In this document: piece after piece, positions 18,955-27,359 of the stretch
Numbering within the stretch: position 1 is the first letter of the stretch
How the letters are laid out: every line of letters starts with the position of its first letter
Assembly: GCA_039591515.1 (NCBI GenBank)
Contig: JBDHDM010000003.1
Coordinates: 1 to 43,385, forward strand
From: Gemmatimonadota bacterium
GTDB taxonomy: Bacteria; Gemmatimonadota; Gemmatimonadetes; Longimicrobiales; Gaopeijiaceae
DNA length: 43,385 nt
Reading direction: 5' to 3'
Notes under the pieces: model-generated
Told to the model about the DNA's origin: nothing
Databases searched by the model: none
Seen by the model: the letters and a program-made list of their open reading frames with translations, nothing else
Position numbers and translations under genes: made by a program

Positions 18955-20499
18955 TTATTCGCTCCGCGGTCGGGAGCGACGCGGGCCCTTCGGCCGAGGT
19001 CGGTCGAAGTCCACTCGCACGGCGCGCCCCTTGATGGTCGTGCCGTTGAGGGCACGGATGACCTTGGTCGCCACGGTATCGTGGACTTCCACGAGCGTGT
19101 GGCTCTCTTTGATCTCGATCCTACCGACCGAGTCTCCGGGAACGTGGGCTTCCCCGGTGATGGCCCCCAGGAGGTCTCCCTTGGCCACGCCGTCGCGCTC
19201 TCCTACGCTCAAGAACAGCTTGGACCACGAGGGCACCGGCGATGGACCACCGGCGGCCGGTCGAGCCCGATCGGACGGTGCTCCGGCGGAGGCGGTGGAC
19301 CCGGCGGGTGACTTCTTTCGCAGGAGGGCGATGGCCGCGGCCGCGATCTCGATCGCCTCGTGGTGCTCGAGCAGAGGCTCGAGCGCCAGCATGTAGGGAG
19401 CTGTGTCTTCTGATTCGATCGCGGCCGAGATGCTTGCGCGTATGCGGCGCATGGGGTCCAGCGGCGCATTTCGGGGGGGAAAGGGCACGGTCTTGTAGCC
19501 GGTTCTTCGACCCAGCGCTCTGAGGTGCGCGACCTCGCGCGGCAGGACCACCACGACCCCGTCGGCGCTCAGGGAGTGGCGCCGGTCGAGGGTATCGGGA
19601 TCGGCGGGCGCGTCACAGCTGACCACGGCCACGCCCTCCACGTCTTTCGCAGCCCCTCGCGCCTCCAAGGCGTCGATCCCCAGCCACACGGGCGAGTCGG
19701 CGTCGCCGGGGGCGCCGGCAACGAAGCCGTGGAGCGTCAGAAGGTCACCAACGTCGGCGGCGCGATCCTCGGACCGGCAGTAGACGAGAACGTGGCGGGC
19801 CCCCTCGTCGAAGAGATCCTCGACCACCCTGAGCGCGCCGGCCTCGCGCGGTTCGGGGGTGATCCTGAAACGCACGTCCCCTCGGGGCTGCGGGCTCGGC
19901 TCGGGCGCCGGCACCGTAATCGCGCGTCTGACATGTCGTGCGGCGAAGTCCGCGACGTCGGGCGTCATCGGAAGAGCAGTGAGGATCCGCTGCGTGCCGG
20001 GCGTGAGGTACTCGAAGACCTGCTCGACGACGGCCAGTCCGGTGAGCTCAGCCGAAATCTGCACCTGGTCCAGTACGATCGCGTCGAGGCGCTCTGCGGA
20101 GACGGTCCCGCCCTGCAGGGCGGCCAGCGCATCGTCGTGCGTCGCGAAGAGAAGGTCGGCGCGCTCGGAGAGTGCCCACGCCGAGCCCAGGGCCGCGACT
20201 CGATGCTCGGTCCCGACCGCGAGGCGCGCCGTGGACTGGGCCAGATGGTCAGCGGTCTCCGCGGTGGCGCACAGGATCAGAGCCCGCGGTCCGGATCCGG
20301 TTGCCTCCACGCGATCGAGAAGACCGACGACCCATGCGGCGAGGAGCCCCGCTCCCGGTCCGGCCTCGATCACAATGTTGTTCCCCTTCCGGACCAACGG
20401 GATGGCGTCCTCCTGAAGGGGTGTGGGGCTCTCGATCCCCTCGGCCGCGAGGGCCTCGGCGATCTCCGGGGTGACCCCGAGGTCCTCGAATGTGTGCAT
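18955..20499 (-). CDS. DEAD-box-helicase-like protein with degenerate ATPase motifs and a C-terminal DbpA-type RNA-binding domain
   Basis: Q motif is intact (FEDLGV...PTPLQ). Motif I is AGPGAGLL, with no Walker A Lys/Thr. Motif II is VLDQV instead of DEAD. Motif III is TAL instead of SAT. There is no HRxGRxGR. The C-terminus SKLFLSVGERDGVAKGDLLGAITGEAHVPGDSVGRIEIKESHTLVEV...IKGRAVRVDF matches the DbpA RNA-binding domain pattern. Confidence 0.8.
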   Translation of the reverse strand: MHTFEDLGVTPEIAEALAAEGIESPTPLQEDAIPLVRKGNNIVIEAGPGAGLLAAWVVGLLDRVEATGSGPRALILCATAETADHLAQSTARLAVGTEHRVAALGSAWALSERADLLFATHDDALAALQGGTVSAERLDAIVLDQVQISAELTGLAVVEQVFEYLTPGTQRILTALPMTPDVADFAARHVRRAITVPAPEPSPQPRGDVRFRITPEPREAGALRVVEDLFDEGARHVLVYCRSEDRAADVGDLLTLHGFVAGAPGDADSPVWLGIDALEARGAAKDVEGVAVVSCDAPADPDTLDRRHSLSADGVVVVLPREVAHLRALGRRTGYKTVPFPPRNAPLDPMRRIRASISAAIESEDTAPYMLALEPLLEHHEAIEIAAAAIALLRKKSPAGSTASAGAPSDRARPAAGGPSPVPSWSKLFLSVGERDGVAKGDLLGAITGEAHVPGDSVGRIEIKESHTLVEVHDTVATKVIRALNGTTIKGRAVRVDFDRPRPKGPRRSRPRSE

Positions 20500-20510
20500 G
20501 AGCGGCGTGG

Positions 20511-20813
20511 TCAGGTGGGCTCGCCGGAGCCGGGGCCGCCTGCGTCCCCCGGCTCGTACGGGAGCTGGTTCAGGAAGCGTTGCACCTCGTAGTCCAATCG
20601 GGACGTGCGGAGCCGGTCGGTATTGGCCACGACCTCCGTGTACGGTCCGTGTCGATGGGCGGATACCGTGACCGTACCCTCTGCGCCGCTGTATGTCGCG
20701 CTGTGCGGCGAGTCCTTGGAGCGACTCAGGCCCAGGAGCTCCGGCAGGAACGTCTCGGCCTTCGCGAGCACCTCGTTCGGGGCGTACGCGGTCTTCCGTT
20801 GATATCCGGCCAT
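20511..20813 (-). CDS. hypothetical 100-aa protein
   Basis: MAGYQRKTAYAPNEVLAKAETFLPELL... is the C-terminal part of track ORF 20511..21182. It sits between the DsbA-like gene and the helicase-like gene, with an 11-nt gap to the latter's ATG. No family recognised. Confidence 0.5.
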   Translation of the reverse strand: MAGYQRKTAYAPNEVLAKAETFLPELLGLSRSKDSPHSATYSGAEGTVTVSAHRHGPYTEVVANTDRLRTSRLDYEVQRFLNQLPYEPGDAGGPGSGEPT

Positions 20814-20844
20814 GGATGGGTGCGGTTCGGATCGAGTTTGAGAA

Positions 20845-21420
20845 TCAGGTGCCGAGAAAGGTGCGGATGGCGGCTCGGTTGTGGAACCCCTCCAGCGTGC
20901 GCCCCTCGAAGAGCAGGGTCGGGACCGAGCGAATCCCGGCCTCCACGGCTTCGCGGCGCAGGACGACGACGTCCTCCCGGTAGCGATCCACGTCGAGGAC
21001 CGCCTTGGCCTCCGTCCGGTCGAGTCCGGCCGCCCCCGCGACGTCGACGAGGACGTCCACCCTCCCGATGTCCAATCCCTCCAGGAGATACACCTCGAAG
21101 AGACGCTCCCTGACCGGCAGATCCAACTGCTCGGTGGCCGCGTGGAGGACCAGCTCGTGCGCCTTCCGCGTCCACGGAACAAGAGGTGGCGGACGGAACT
21201 CGAGCCCGAGTCCGGTGCCCATCTCGCGCGCGGTGCGCCACCGCGCCGCGAGGTCGGGATCCTCCAGCGTCGTCAGTGGGGTCGGGGGAGGCCGCAGCTC
21301 GAGCGGTGCGCTCTGTAGGCCCGCCTCGACCACTTCGTCCAGACCGGCACATTCCTTGGCGAGGAGCCAGGAAAGCGGGTCGACGAAGTCGTAGTAGAGA
21401 GTCGGCAAGGGGGGCGTCAT
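20845..21420 (-). CDS. DsbA-like thioredoxin-fold protein lacking the CxxC active site
   Basis: C-terminal 191 aa of the antisense-extended ORF 20845..22728. MTPPLPTLYYDFVDPLSWLL shows DPLS where DsbA/FrnE proteins carry CPWC. Also ...GIRSVPTLLFEGRTLEGF. ATG 21420..21418. Confidence 0.68.
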   Translation of the reverse strand: MTPPLPTLYYDFVDPLSWLLAKECAGLDEVVEAGLQSAPLELRPPPTPLTTLEDPDLAARWRTAREMGTGLGLEFRPPPLVPWTRKAHELVLHAATEQLDLPVRERLFEVYLLEGLDIGRVDVLVDVAGAAGLDRTEAKAVLDVDRYREDVVVLRREAVEAGIRSVPTLLFEGRTLEGFHNRAAIRTFLGT

Positions 21421-21489
21421 GGGGGAAGCTTTCACCGGCCCTCGGGTCGCGCCATATTCCGAGCCCGCAAGATTCCAGGAAGAGGTCGG

Positions 21490-22689
21490 ATGCAGTTCAG
21501 TAAGAACGTAGAGCAACTCAAGCCCTCCGCGACCATTGCCGTCAGCACGTTGGCGAAGACGCTCGCGGCCGAAGGCCGTGATATCATCAACCTGAGCGCG
21601 GGTGAGCCGGACTTCGACACTCCGGCCTTCATCTCCGAAGCGGCGGTGGCCGGCATTCGCAGCGGTCGGACGCGATATACCCCGCCAGCGGGTCTGCCGG
21701 AGCTGCGTGCGGCGATCGCGGCGCGCCTCTCCGATCGAGCGGGGCGGTCGATGTCCGCCGACGGCGTCGTGGTGACCGCGGGCGCGAAACAGGCGCTGTT
21801 CAACACCGTGTTCACCCTGTTCGGGCCGGGCGACGAGGTTCTGATCGCGGCGCCGTACTGGACGACCTATCCCGACTTGGTGACCATCGCGCGTGCTGAG
21901 CCGAAGCCCGTGTTCGGCGCCGAAGCCAACGACTTCAAGGTCACGCCGCAGGAGTTGGACGCTTCCACGACGCCGTCCACCCGGGGCTTGGTCCTCAACA
22001 CGCCGTCGAACCCGACCGGGGCCGTCTACTCGCTCGAGGAGCTCGCGGCGATCGCTTCGTGGGCACGAGACCACGGATTGTGGCTCATCTCGGACGAGAT
22101 CTACGGCAACATCCACCACGACGGGACCGGGACAGCACCGGGACTCCTCGACCTGCCTGCCGACCTGTTGGGCCCGTTCGTGCTGATCGACGGCGCCTCG
22201 AAGAGCTACGCCATGACGGGATGGCGGATGGGCTTCTCCTACACGGATCCGGAGCTCGCCAAGAAGTTCTCGGCGCTTCAGAGCCAGATGACGTCGAACG
22301 CGTCGACGCCGACGCAGGTGGCTGCGCTGGAGGCATTCTCCAATCGGGAAGACTCCGCTCGTTCCCTGGAAGAGATGGGGGAGGCGTTTCGTCGTCGCAG
22401 GGATCTGGTGGTCGCGCAGATGCACGACCTCCTTCCCGACGTCCCGTTCGTGAAGCCTGGTGGGGCGTTCTATCTGTACTTCCGCGTCGACGGTTTCTTC
22501 GGGGGGGATGTCCAGGATGCCACGGCCTGGTGCTCGGCGCTCCTCGAGCATGCGGGCGTGGCACTGGTGCCGGGAGCGGCTTTCGGCGACGACCGGTGGG
22601 TGCGCATGAGCTTCGCCACTTCCGACCACGTTCTCGAAGAGGCGTTCCGTCGGATTGCCGCCACGGTGGGGGCGGCGAGCCCGCGCTGA
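21490..22689 (+). CDS. aspartate (class I) aminotransferase
   Basis: INLSAGEPDFDTP, LNTPSNPTGAVY, ISDEIYGNI, SKSYAMTGWRMGF (PLP-lysine), VRMSFATS. Confidence 0.9.
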   Translation: MQFSKNVEQLKPSATIAVSTLAKTLAAEGRDIINLSAGEPDFDTPAFISEAAVAGIRSGRTRYTPPAGLPELRAAIAARLSDRAGRSMSADGVVVTAGAKQALFNTVFTLFGPGDEVLIAAPYWTTYPDLVTIARAEPKPVFGAEANDFKVTPQELDASTTPSTRGLVLNTPSNPTGAVYSLEELAAIASWARDHGLWLISDEIYGNIHHDGTGTAPGLLDLPADLLGPFVLIDGASKSYAMTGWRMGFSYTDPELAKKFSALQSQMTSNASTPTQVAALEAFSNREDSARSLEEMGEAFRRRRDLVVAQMHDLLPDVPFVKPGGAFYLYFRVDGFFGGDVQDATAWCSALLEHAGVALVPGAAFGDDRWVRMSFATSDHVLEEAFRRIAATVGAASPR

Positions 22690-22705
22690 CGCCGGCGTCG
22701 CCCGT

Positions 22706-23608
22706 TCAGGAGAGGGTGGCCGCCACACGCCCTGCCGCGGCGCGAGCCTGCGCCTCGTAGGAGTGGCCGAAGAGACTCACGTGCACCAGCAGATAGTAGA
22801 GCTGGTAGAGGTCGCGTCGGAACGCGTGGTAGCCGGGATCGATTCCTCGGACCTCCGCGTATGCGTCGTAGAAGCCGGACCCGAAGCCGCCGAATAGTTG
22901 CGTCATGGCCAGGTCCACCTCCCCGTCTCCGCGATAGACCGCCGGATCGATCAACGCCGGCGTTCCGCCCGAGGTCACGAAAGCGTTGCCGCTCCATAGG
23001 TCTCCGTGCAGAAGGCACGCGGGACGATCCATGTTCGGGATGGCGAGCGAGACCCGGTCGAAGACCGGGTCCGTGCAGAGGTCGCGCTGCCTCACGGCAT
23101 CGAGCTGAGGCCTGATCCTCCGATCTCTCCAGAATGTGGCCCAATCCGGGTGCGGCGTGTTCGACTGCGGGAGCGTCCCGATCCAGTTGTCCCGATGCCA
23201 GCCGAAGGTGGACTCCGAGGCTGCGCCGTGGATAAGGGCGAGGGCTCTGCCGAGCGACACGTCCGTCGAGGGTGCCGAGCGACCGGGAGGTAGGTACTCC
23301 AACGCCAGCCATGCTCCCTCCGCCGTGCGACCGTGGGCCAGCGCCGTCGGGACGGCGAGCTTGGCCCCCGTATCGACGGCCGCGCCTCGCAGCGCGCCCA
23401 GCCCGTCCGCCTCGGACTCGAACATTCCGGCGGGTGCCCGTGGGTTCCACTTCACGAAAAGAGAGGAGTCGCCGTCGAGGAGGACCCGACAGCCGTGATT
23501 GATACAACCGCCGGCCACGGGTTGAACGGACTCGATGTGACTGCCCAGGCCAGCCGCCGAGGCGTGGAGCTCCACGGACTCCCGGATCGAGGCCGGGAGT
23601 CGAGTCAT
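22706..23608 (-). CDS. fructosamine/ketosamine-3-kinase family protein
   Basis: VAGGCINHGCRV, LFVKWN, MFESEADGL, LLHGDLWSGN, IDPAVYRGDGEVDLAMT. ATG 23608..23606 overlaps the upstream stop (ATGA, 23605..23608). Confidence 0.85.
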   Translation of the reverse strand: MTRLPASIRESVELHASAAGLGSHIESVQPVAGGCINHGCRVLLDGDSSLFVKWNPRAPAGMFESEADGLGALRGAAVDTGAKLAVPTALAHGRTAEGAWLALEYLPPGRSAPSTDVSLGRALALIHGAASESTFGWHRDNWIGTLPQSNTPHPDWATFWRDRRIRPQLDAVRQRDLCTDPVFDRVSLAIPNMDRPACLLHGDLWSGNAFVTSGGTPALIDPAVYRGDGEVDLAMTQLFGGFGSGFYDAYAEVRGIDPGYHAFRRDLYQLYYLLVHVSLFGHSYEAQARAAAGRVAATLS

Positions 23609-24099
23609 GCCGCCCGAAGTCGCTCGAGAAGCGTCTGACAGGAGCGATGGACCATCGCGAAGACGTTTTCGAAGCCGCTGGCCCCACCGTAGTATGGGTC
23701 CGGGACCTCGTCCCCGTCGGCCTCGCGATCGAACTCGCGCAGGAGTCTGATGTCCGCGTCCGACTCCGCGCCGAGCGCCATACGCTCGATGTTTCGCAGG
23801 TTCTCGCGATCCATCGCGATCACGTAGTCGAAGTGCTCCAGATCGTCCCGAGTGATCTGGCGTGCTCTGCTGGCGAGCTCGATACCGTGTTTGCTCGCGA
23901 CCATCGTGGCCCGCGCATCGGGTAGCTCCCCGACGTGCCAAGAGCCGGTGCCGGCCGAGTCGACTTCGAAGCGGTCGCCCAGCCCCGCCCGTTCCACCAG
24001 ATGGAGGAAAACACCCTCGGCGAGGGGCGACCGGCAGATGTTGCCGAGGCAGACGAAGAGGACCGCGGTGCGGGGGGAATCGGTGTTGTTCGCGTCCAT
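23605..24099 (-). CDS. low-molecular-weight protein-tyrosine phosphatase family protein
   Basis: VLFVCLGNICRSPLAEGVF (CX5R P-loop) and DPYYGG (Asp loop). ATG 24099..24097. Confidence 0.9.
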   Translation of the reverse strand: MDANNTDSPRTAVLFVCLGNICRSPLAEGVFLHLVERAGLGDRFEVDSAGTGSWHVGELPDARATMVASKHGIELASRARQITRDDLEHFDYVIAMDRENLRNIERMALGAESDADIRLLREFDREADGDEVPDPYYGGASGFENVFAMVHRSCQTLLERLRAA

Positions 24100-24278
24100 C
24101 GACCAGGGCACTCGCGGGCCCTCTCGAGTCCGGTTCACGAGACGGGGAGGGGCAGCCTCACCCACACGGCCGCCAAGTTGTCAGCCCGCTACACCCTTTG
24201 CAAGGAAGCCGGTTACCTTCAGGCAGGCACAGATCCGGAAGTCGGTTCGTGTGCTCGAATAATTCCTCGAAAGAGTGG

Positions 24279-25544
24279 GTGACGTTGGAAGACAGACGCT
24301 TTGCCGACCTCGGAATCTCGTCCGAGCGGCTGGCTGCCATCGAGGCGTTGGGTTGGACGGACCCGACCCCGATCCAGACCCAGGGCATCCCGGCCGGTCT
24401 GACCGGAAAAGACGTGGTTGGAATCGCGCAGACCGGGACCGGAAAAACGGCAGCTTTCATGATTCCCGCGCTCGAACAGCTGAAGGTCGGCGGCGGGCTT
24501 CAGGTTCTGGTCCTGTGTCCGACCCGTGAGCTTGCGCAACAGGTCTCGGACGATACCGTTGCCCTGGCCAAGGGTACGAGCATCCGGTCGGAGGCGATCT
24601 TCGGTGGAGTGAGCTACGGACCCCAGGTGAAGGCCCTCGAGCAGGGGTTCGAGGTCATCGTGGCGACGCCAGGCCGGTTCATCGACCACATGCAGTCCAA
24701 GCGTGTGGACCTGAGCAAGGTCGAGTACCTCGTACTCGACGAGGCGGATCGCATGCTCGACATGGGCTTTCGCCCTCAGATCGAGGAGATCTTCCGAGGC
24801 ATGCCCAAGAAGCGCCAGACGATGCTCTTCAGCGCGACGATGCCCAACGGCGTGCACGATCTCGCGCTACGGATGACCCAGGACCCATTGTGGATCGAGG
24901 CGACCCCTTCTGGCACCACGGCGGAGGGCATCGACGAGAAGTTCTTCTCCGTGAAGCCGGAGAAGAAGCCCGATCTCCTTCTCGAGCTCATCCGGGGTCC
25001 CGGCTGGGATCAGGTGCTGATCTTCACGAGAACGAAGGCTGGTGCCGACGTACTCGAGGCTCGGTTGCAACGGGAGGGCATCAGCGTCGATGTCATGCAC
25101 TCCAACAGGCACATGAAACACAGGACCCGGGCCCTCGAGCGCTTCGCCCAGGGGAAGGTCAAGTTTCTGGTCGCCACCGACGTCGCACAGCGGGGTCTGG
25201 ACGTGGAGGGCATCAGTCACGTCGTGAACTACGACGTGCCCCTCGACCCTGAGGACTACGTGCATCGGATCGGGCGCACGGGCCGTGCCGGGGCAACGGG
25301 AACAGCGGTCACCTTCGTGACGGCCGCCGACCTCGGTGCGATGAAGAGTCTCGAGCACCGGCTCGGACGCTCCGTGGAGAAGGTTCACCTTCCCGAGTTC
25401 GACTACGCCGGGGTTCCGCAGAAGGAGTCTCGATCCACCACGACCCGGGGCCGCAAGTCGCGCTCACCACAAGGTCTCGGGTCCAAGTCCACGGACGACC
25501 TCTCGCCCGAGGAGTTGGCCGCCCTACTCAACCCGGGCTCGTGA
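24279..25544 (+). CDS. DEAD-box ATP-dependent RNA helicase (RhlE-like, basic C-terminal tail)
   Basis: All canonical motifs are present: FADLG...PTPIQ, AQTGTGKTAAF, PTRELA, TPGR, DEAD, SAT, ARGLD, HRIGRTGRAG. Start is uncertain (GTG 24279, TTG 24285 or GTG 24249). Confidence 0.92.
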   Translation: MTLEDRRFADLGISSERLAAIEALGWTDPTPIQTQGIPAGLTGKDVVGIAQTGTGKTAAFMIPALEQLKVGGGLQVLVLCPTRELAQQVSDDTVALAKGTSIRSEAIFGGVSYGPQVKALEQGFEVIVATPGRFIDHMQSKRVDLSKVEYLVLDEADRMLDMGFRPQIEEIFRGMPKKRQTMLFSATMPNGVHDLALRMTQDPLWIEATPSGTTAEGIDEKFFSVKPEKKPDLLLELIRGPGWDQVLIFTRTKAGADVLEARLQREGISVDVMHSNRHMKHRTRALERFAQGKVKFLVATDVAQRGLDVEGISHVVNYDVPLDPEDYVHRIGRTGRAGATGTAVTFVTAADLGAMKSLEHRLGRSVEKVHLPEFDYAGVPQKESRSTTTRGRKSRSPQGLGSKSTDDLSPEELAALLNPGS

Positions 25545-25550
25545 GGAGAG

Positions 25551-25970
25551 ATGTCCAGGGTCTTTCGACGTTATGGAAGCGCGTATGAGAGCGTCACCTT
25601 CGAATTCGAGGGGAAGGCGCTGACCGAAGTCGGCTTCCGCCGTGATCATGAGGAGTCCATTCCCGTCGGCGAGTTGGACGACCGCTTCGAGCTGCTCGAA
25701 ACGGTCCACCTCACGAGCGAGGCGGAGGGCGACGTCCAGTCGGAAACGGAGCAGGTGCTCCTCGATCGGCTGCTCGAGAAGGGCCGGGCTGCTGCCGAGC
25801 GGCTGCCGAAGGACGGCATCGCGATCGTGGAAAACGAGCGCGGCGGGCGAGACCAACCGAAGCCGAGGCAGAAGATCACCAACGTCGTCGTGAAGGGCGA
25901 GAACAGGATGCACTTTCACTACGTCATCGATCCCCCTCTGCGCATCAGCCTCTACCGTCCCAGATCGTAG
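25551..25970 (+). CDS. hypothetical 139-aa protein
   Basis: The ATG lies 6 nt after the helicase stop and is preceded by GAGGAG. GC3-rich codons throughout. No recognisable motif. Confidence 0.6.
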   Translation: MSRVFRRYGSAYESVTFEFEGKALTEVGFRRDHEESIPVGELDDRFELLETVHLTSEAEGDVQSETEQVLLDRLLEKGRAAAERLPKDGIAIVENERGGRDQPKPRQKITNVVVKGENRMHFHYVIDPPLRISLYRPRS

Positions 25971-26234
25971 GGCTCGAGAGGAGCACGGCGACCGCGTGGG
26001 GAACTTCCCGACATGGGCTGTGCGCCATTCCCTGACTGTGGCGTTCCGCGCGCTCCCTTATCCTCCGTTAGCGGTTACGGAGCCGGCTCTTACGCAGACG
26101 AGGGTTCTGCACTCCACCTGAGTCTCGAAGCGGCTCCCGGGTCTTGCCGGAAGTTCAGGGCAGGGGCTTCCGGCGGGCCCGATCGTATGCGAGGTGGCTG
26201 TTGGCGGGAGGGTCACGGTCGCCTTCGCATCTGA

Positions 26235-26263
26235 CCCGGTGAGGTTCGCCTCACCGGGTTTTT
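26235..26263 (+). terminator. rho-independent terminator
   Basis: CCCGGTGAGG - ttcg - CCTCACCGGG, a 10-bp perfect stem with a UUCG-type loop. It is followed by TTTTTGCGTTTT. Confidence 0.78.
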
Positions 26264-26330
26264 GCGTTTTCCGGGAGCTCGGCGCCGTGCTCGACCTCTC
26301 CTGCACGGTGCAACGCGGATCCGTATCAGA

Positions 26331-27335
26331 TCAGCGGAGTCCGAACGCGCGTCCGTCCAACTCCCAGCTCGGGTCGATCCGGATCCCGAGGTGTGCCAGG
26401 GCGGTGACGGCGACGTCGACGATGAACGTCTCCCGCTCCGCCGCGCCCTGCGCAGCGGCCGATCCTCCGGCGATGATGAACGTGGTCATCTCTTCCGGGG
26501 AGTCACCCCCGTGCCCACCATCGGCCCTCCGACCGTGGTCGGTGCTCACCAGGACCAGCCAGGCTTCCCTGTCGAAGTCCGGCCGGGCGCGAACGGCGTC
26601 CAAGAGTGTCCCCACGTGACTGTCCGCGCGCGTGATCGCATCGCGATACGCAGTGCCGATGGCGCCGGTCCCATGGCTGACCTCGTCCGGGTTGCCGAGG
26701 TAGACGAAGGTGGCGTCAGGGTCTCCCGTGCGCAGCTCTTCCACGGCCAGTGCGGTGCCTCGAGCGTCCGCTTCGGCCCAACCCAGCTCGTATCCATCGA
26801 GTATCTCGCGTCGATCGATCTCGGGGCCCAGAACCGTCGAGCCTCCCTCCAGTTCCATGAGCGGCAACCAGTCCGCGACCGCGAAGGTGGTCATGTCAGG
26901 GCGGGCCCGCTCCACGCGCGTCAGGAAGCCCGGGAACTCTTCGTACCGTCGTCCGCCGAACTCGTTGTCGGTCACTCCATGTTTGGCCGGCCATACACCC
27001 GTCAGCATGGAAGACCATGATGGTCCGCTCACGGAGGGGGTCGTCGTCCGGGTCGTCGTCGTGATCGTGCCCGCGGCGGCGAGCGCGTCGAGATGGGGCG
27101 TCGACACCTCGGCGAGCACGTCCGGCCGGACGCCGTCGATGCCGATGAGGAGGAGCTTGGGCCGGGTCTCCGCGACCGGGCCGCCTTCCGGCCCGGGCGC
27201 CCCGCAGGCGCTGAACAGGATCCAGAGCGCGGTCGCGCAAGGGAGCACCGTGGCGGGCGACGCCACTCGGCTCCGGCCGAGCCCGCGGAGTTGCGTCGGA
27301 CCAAGACTTTTGCTCCACTTCACGCACGGTATCAT
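26331..27335 (-). CDS. nucleotide pyrophosphatase/phosphodiesterase (alkaline-phosphatase superfamily) lipoprotein
   Basis: Lipobox ILFSAC. LLLIGIDGVRPD. TPSVSGPSWSSMLTG (nucleophile region). YLGNPDEVSHGTG. VSTDHGR...GGHGG. ATG 27335. GTG 27266 is an alternative start. Confidence 0.8.
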   Translation of the reverse strand: MIPCVKWSKSLGPTQLRGLGRSRVASPATVLPCATALWILFSACGAPGPEGGPVAETRPKLLLIGIDGVRPDVLAEVSTPHLDALAAAGTITTTTRTTTPSVSGPSWSSMLTGVWPAKHGVTDNEFGGRRYEEFPGFLTRVERARPDMTTFAVADWLPLMELEGGSTVLGPEIDRREILDGYELGWAEADARGTALAVEELRTGDPDATFVYLGNPDEVSHGTGAIGTAYRDAITRADSHVGTLLDAVRARPDFDREAWLVLVSTDHGRRADGGHGGDSPEEMTTFIIAGGSAAAQGAAERETFIVDVAVTALAHLGIRIDPSWELDGRAFGLR

Positions 27336-27359
27336 CGATGTCCCTCCGGAGGCTCAAGC

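Noticed and set aside
22501-22507. G7 runs inside coding sequence (22501..22507 in the aminotransferase gene, about 7490 in the S41 peptidase gene) and an intergenic G7 at 18881..18887, considered as slippage or phase-variation sites.
   Set aside because: The coding runs encode in-frame Gly-Gly within otherwise intact genes. Runs of this length are expected by chance at this GC content.
26013-26234. 73-aa plus-strand ORF inside the non-coding gap.
   Set aside because: No RBS, Gly/Arg/Cys/Ala-rich composition, and no periodic GC3 signal. It overlaps the hairpin series, so it is more consistent with RNA structure than with coding.
25971-26330. Tested the large non-coding gap by eye for known RNAs on both strands: RNase P RNA, SRP (4.5S) RNA, tmRNA, tRNA and a cobalamin riboswitch.
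   Set aside because: There is no GGAAAGUCC / ACAGAACCCGGCUUA-type RNase P core. There is no GGAA-tetraloop plus AAGCAGCC SRP helix-8 signature. There is no tRNA-like GGUUCNANUCC T-arm or CCA end, and no tag ORF. The minus-strand GCCACAGUCAGGGAAUGGC only loosely resembles a B12 box and has no downstream gene to regulate. The region is left as an unclassified candidate.
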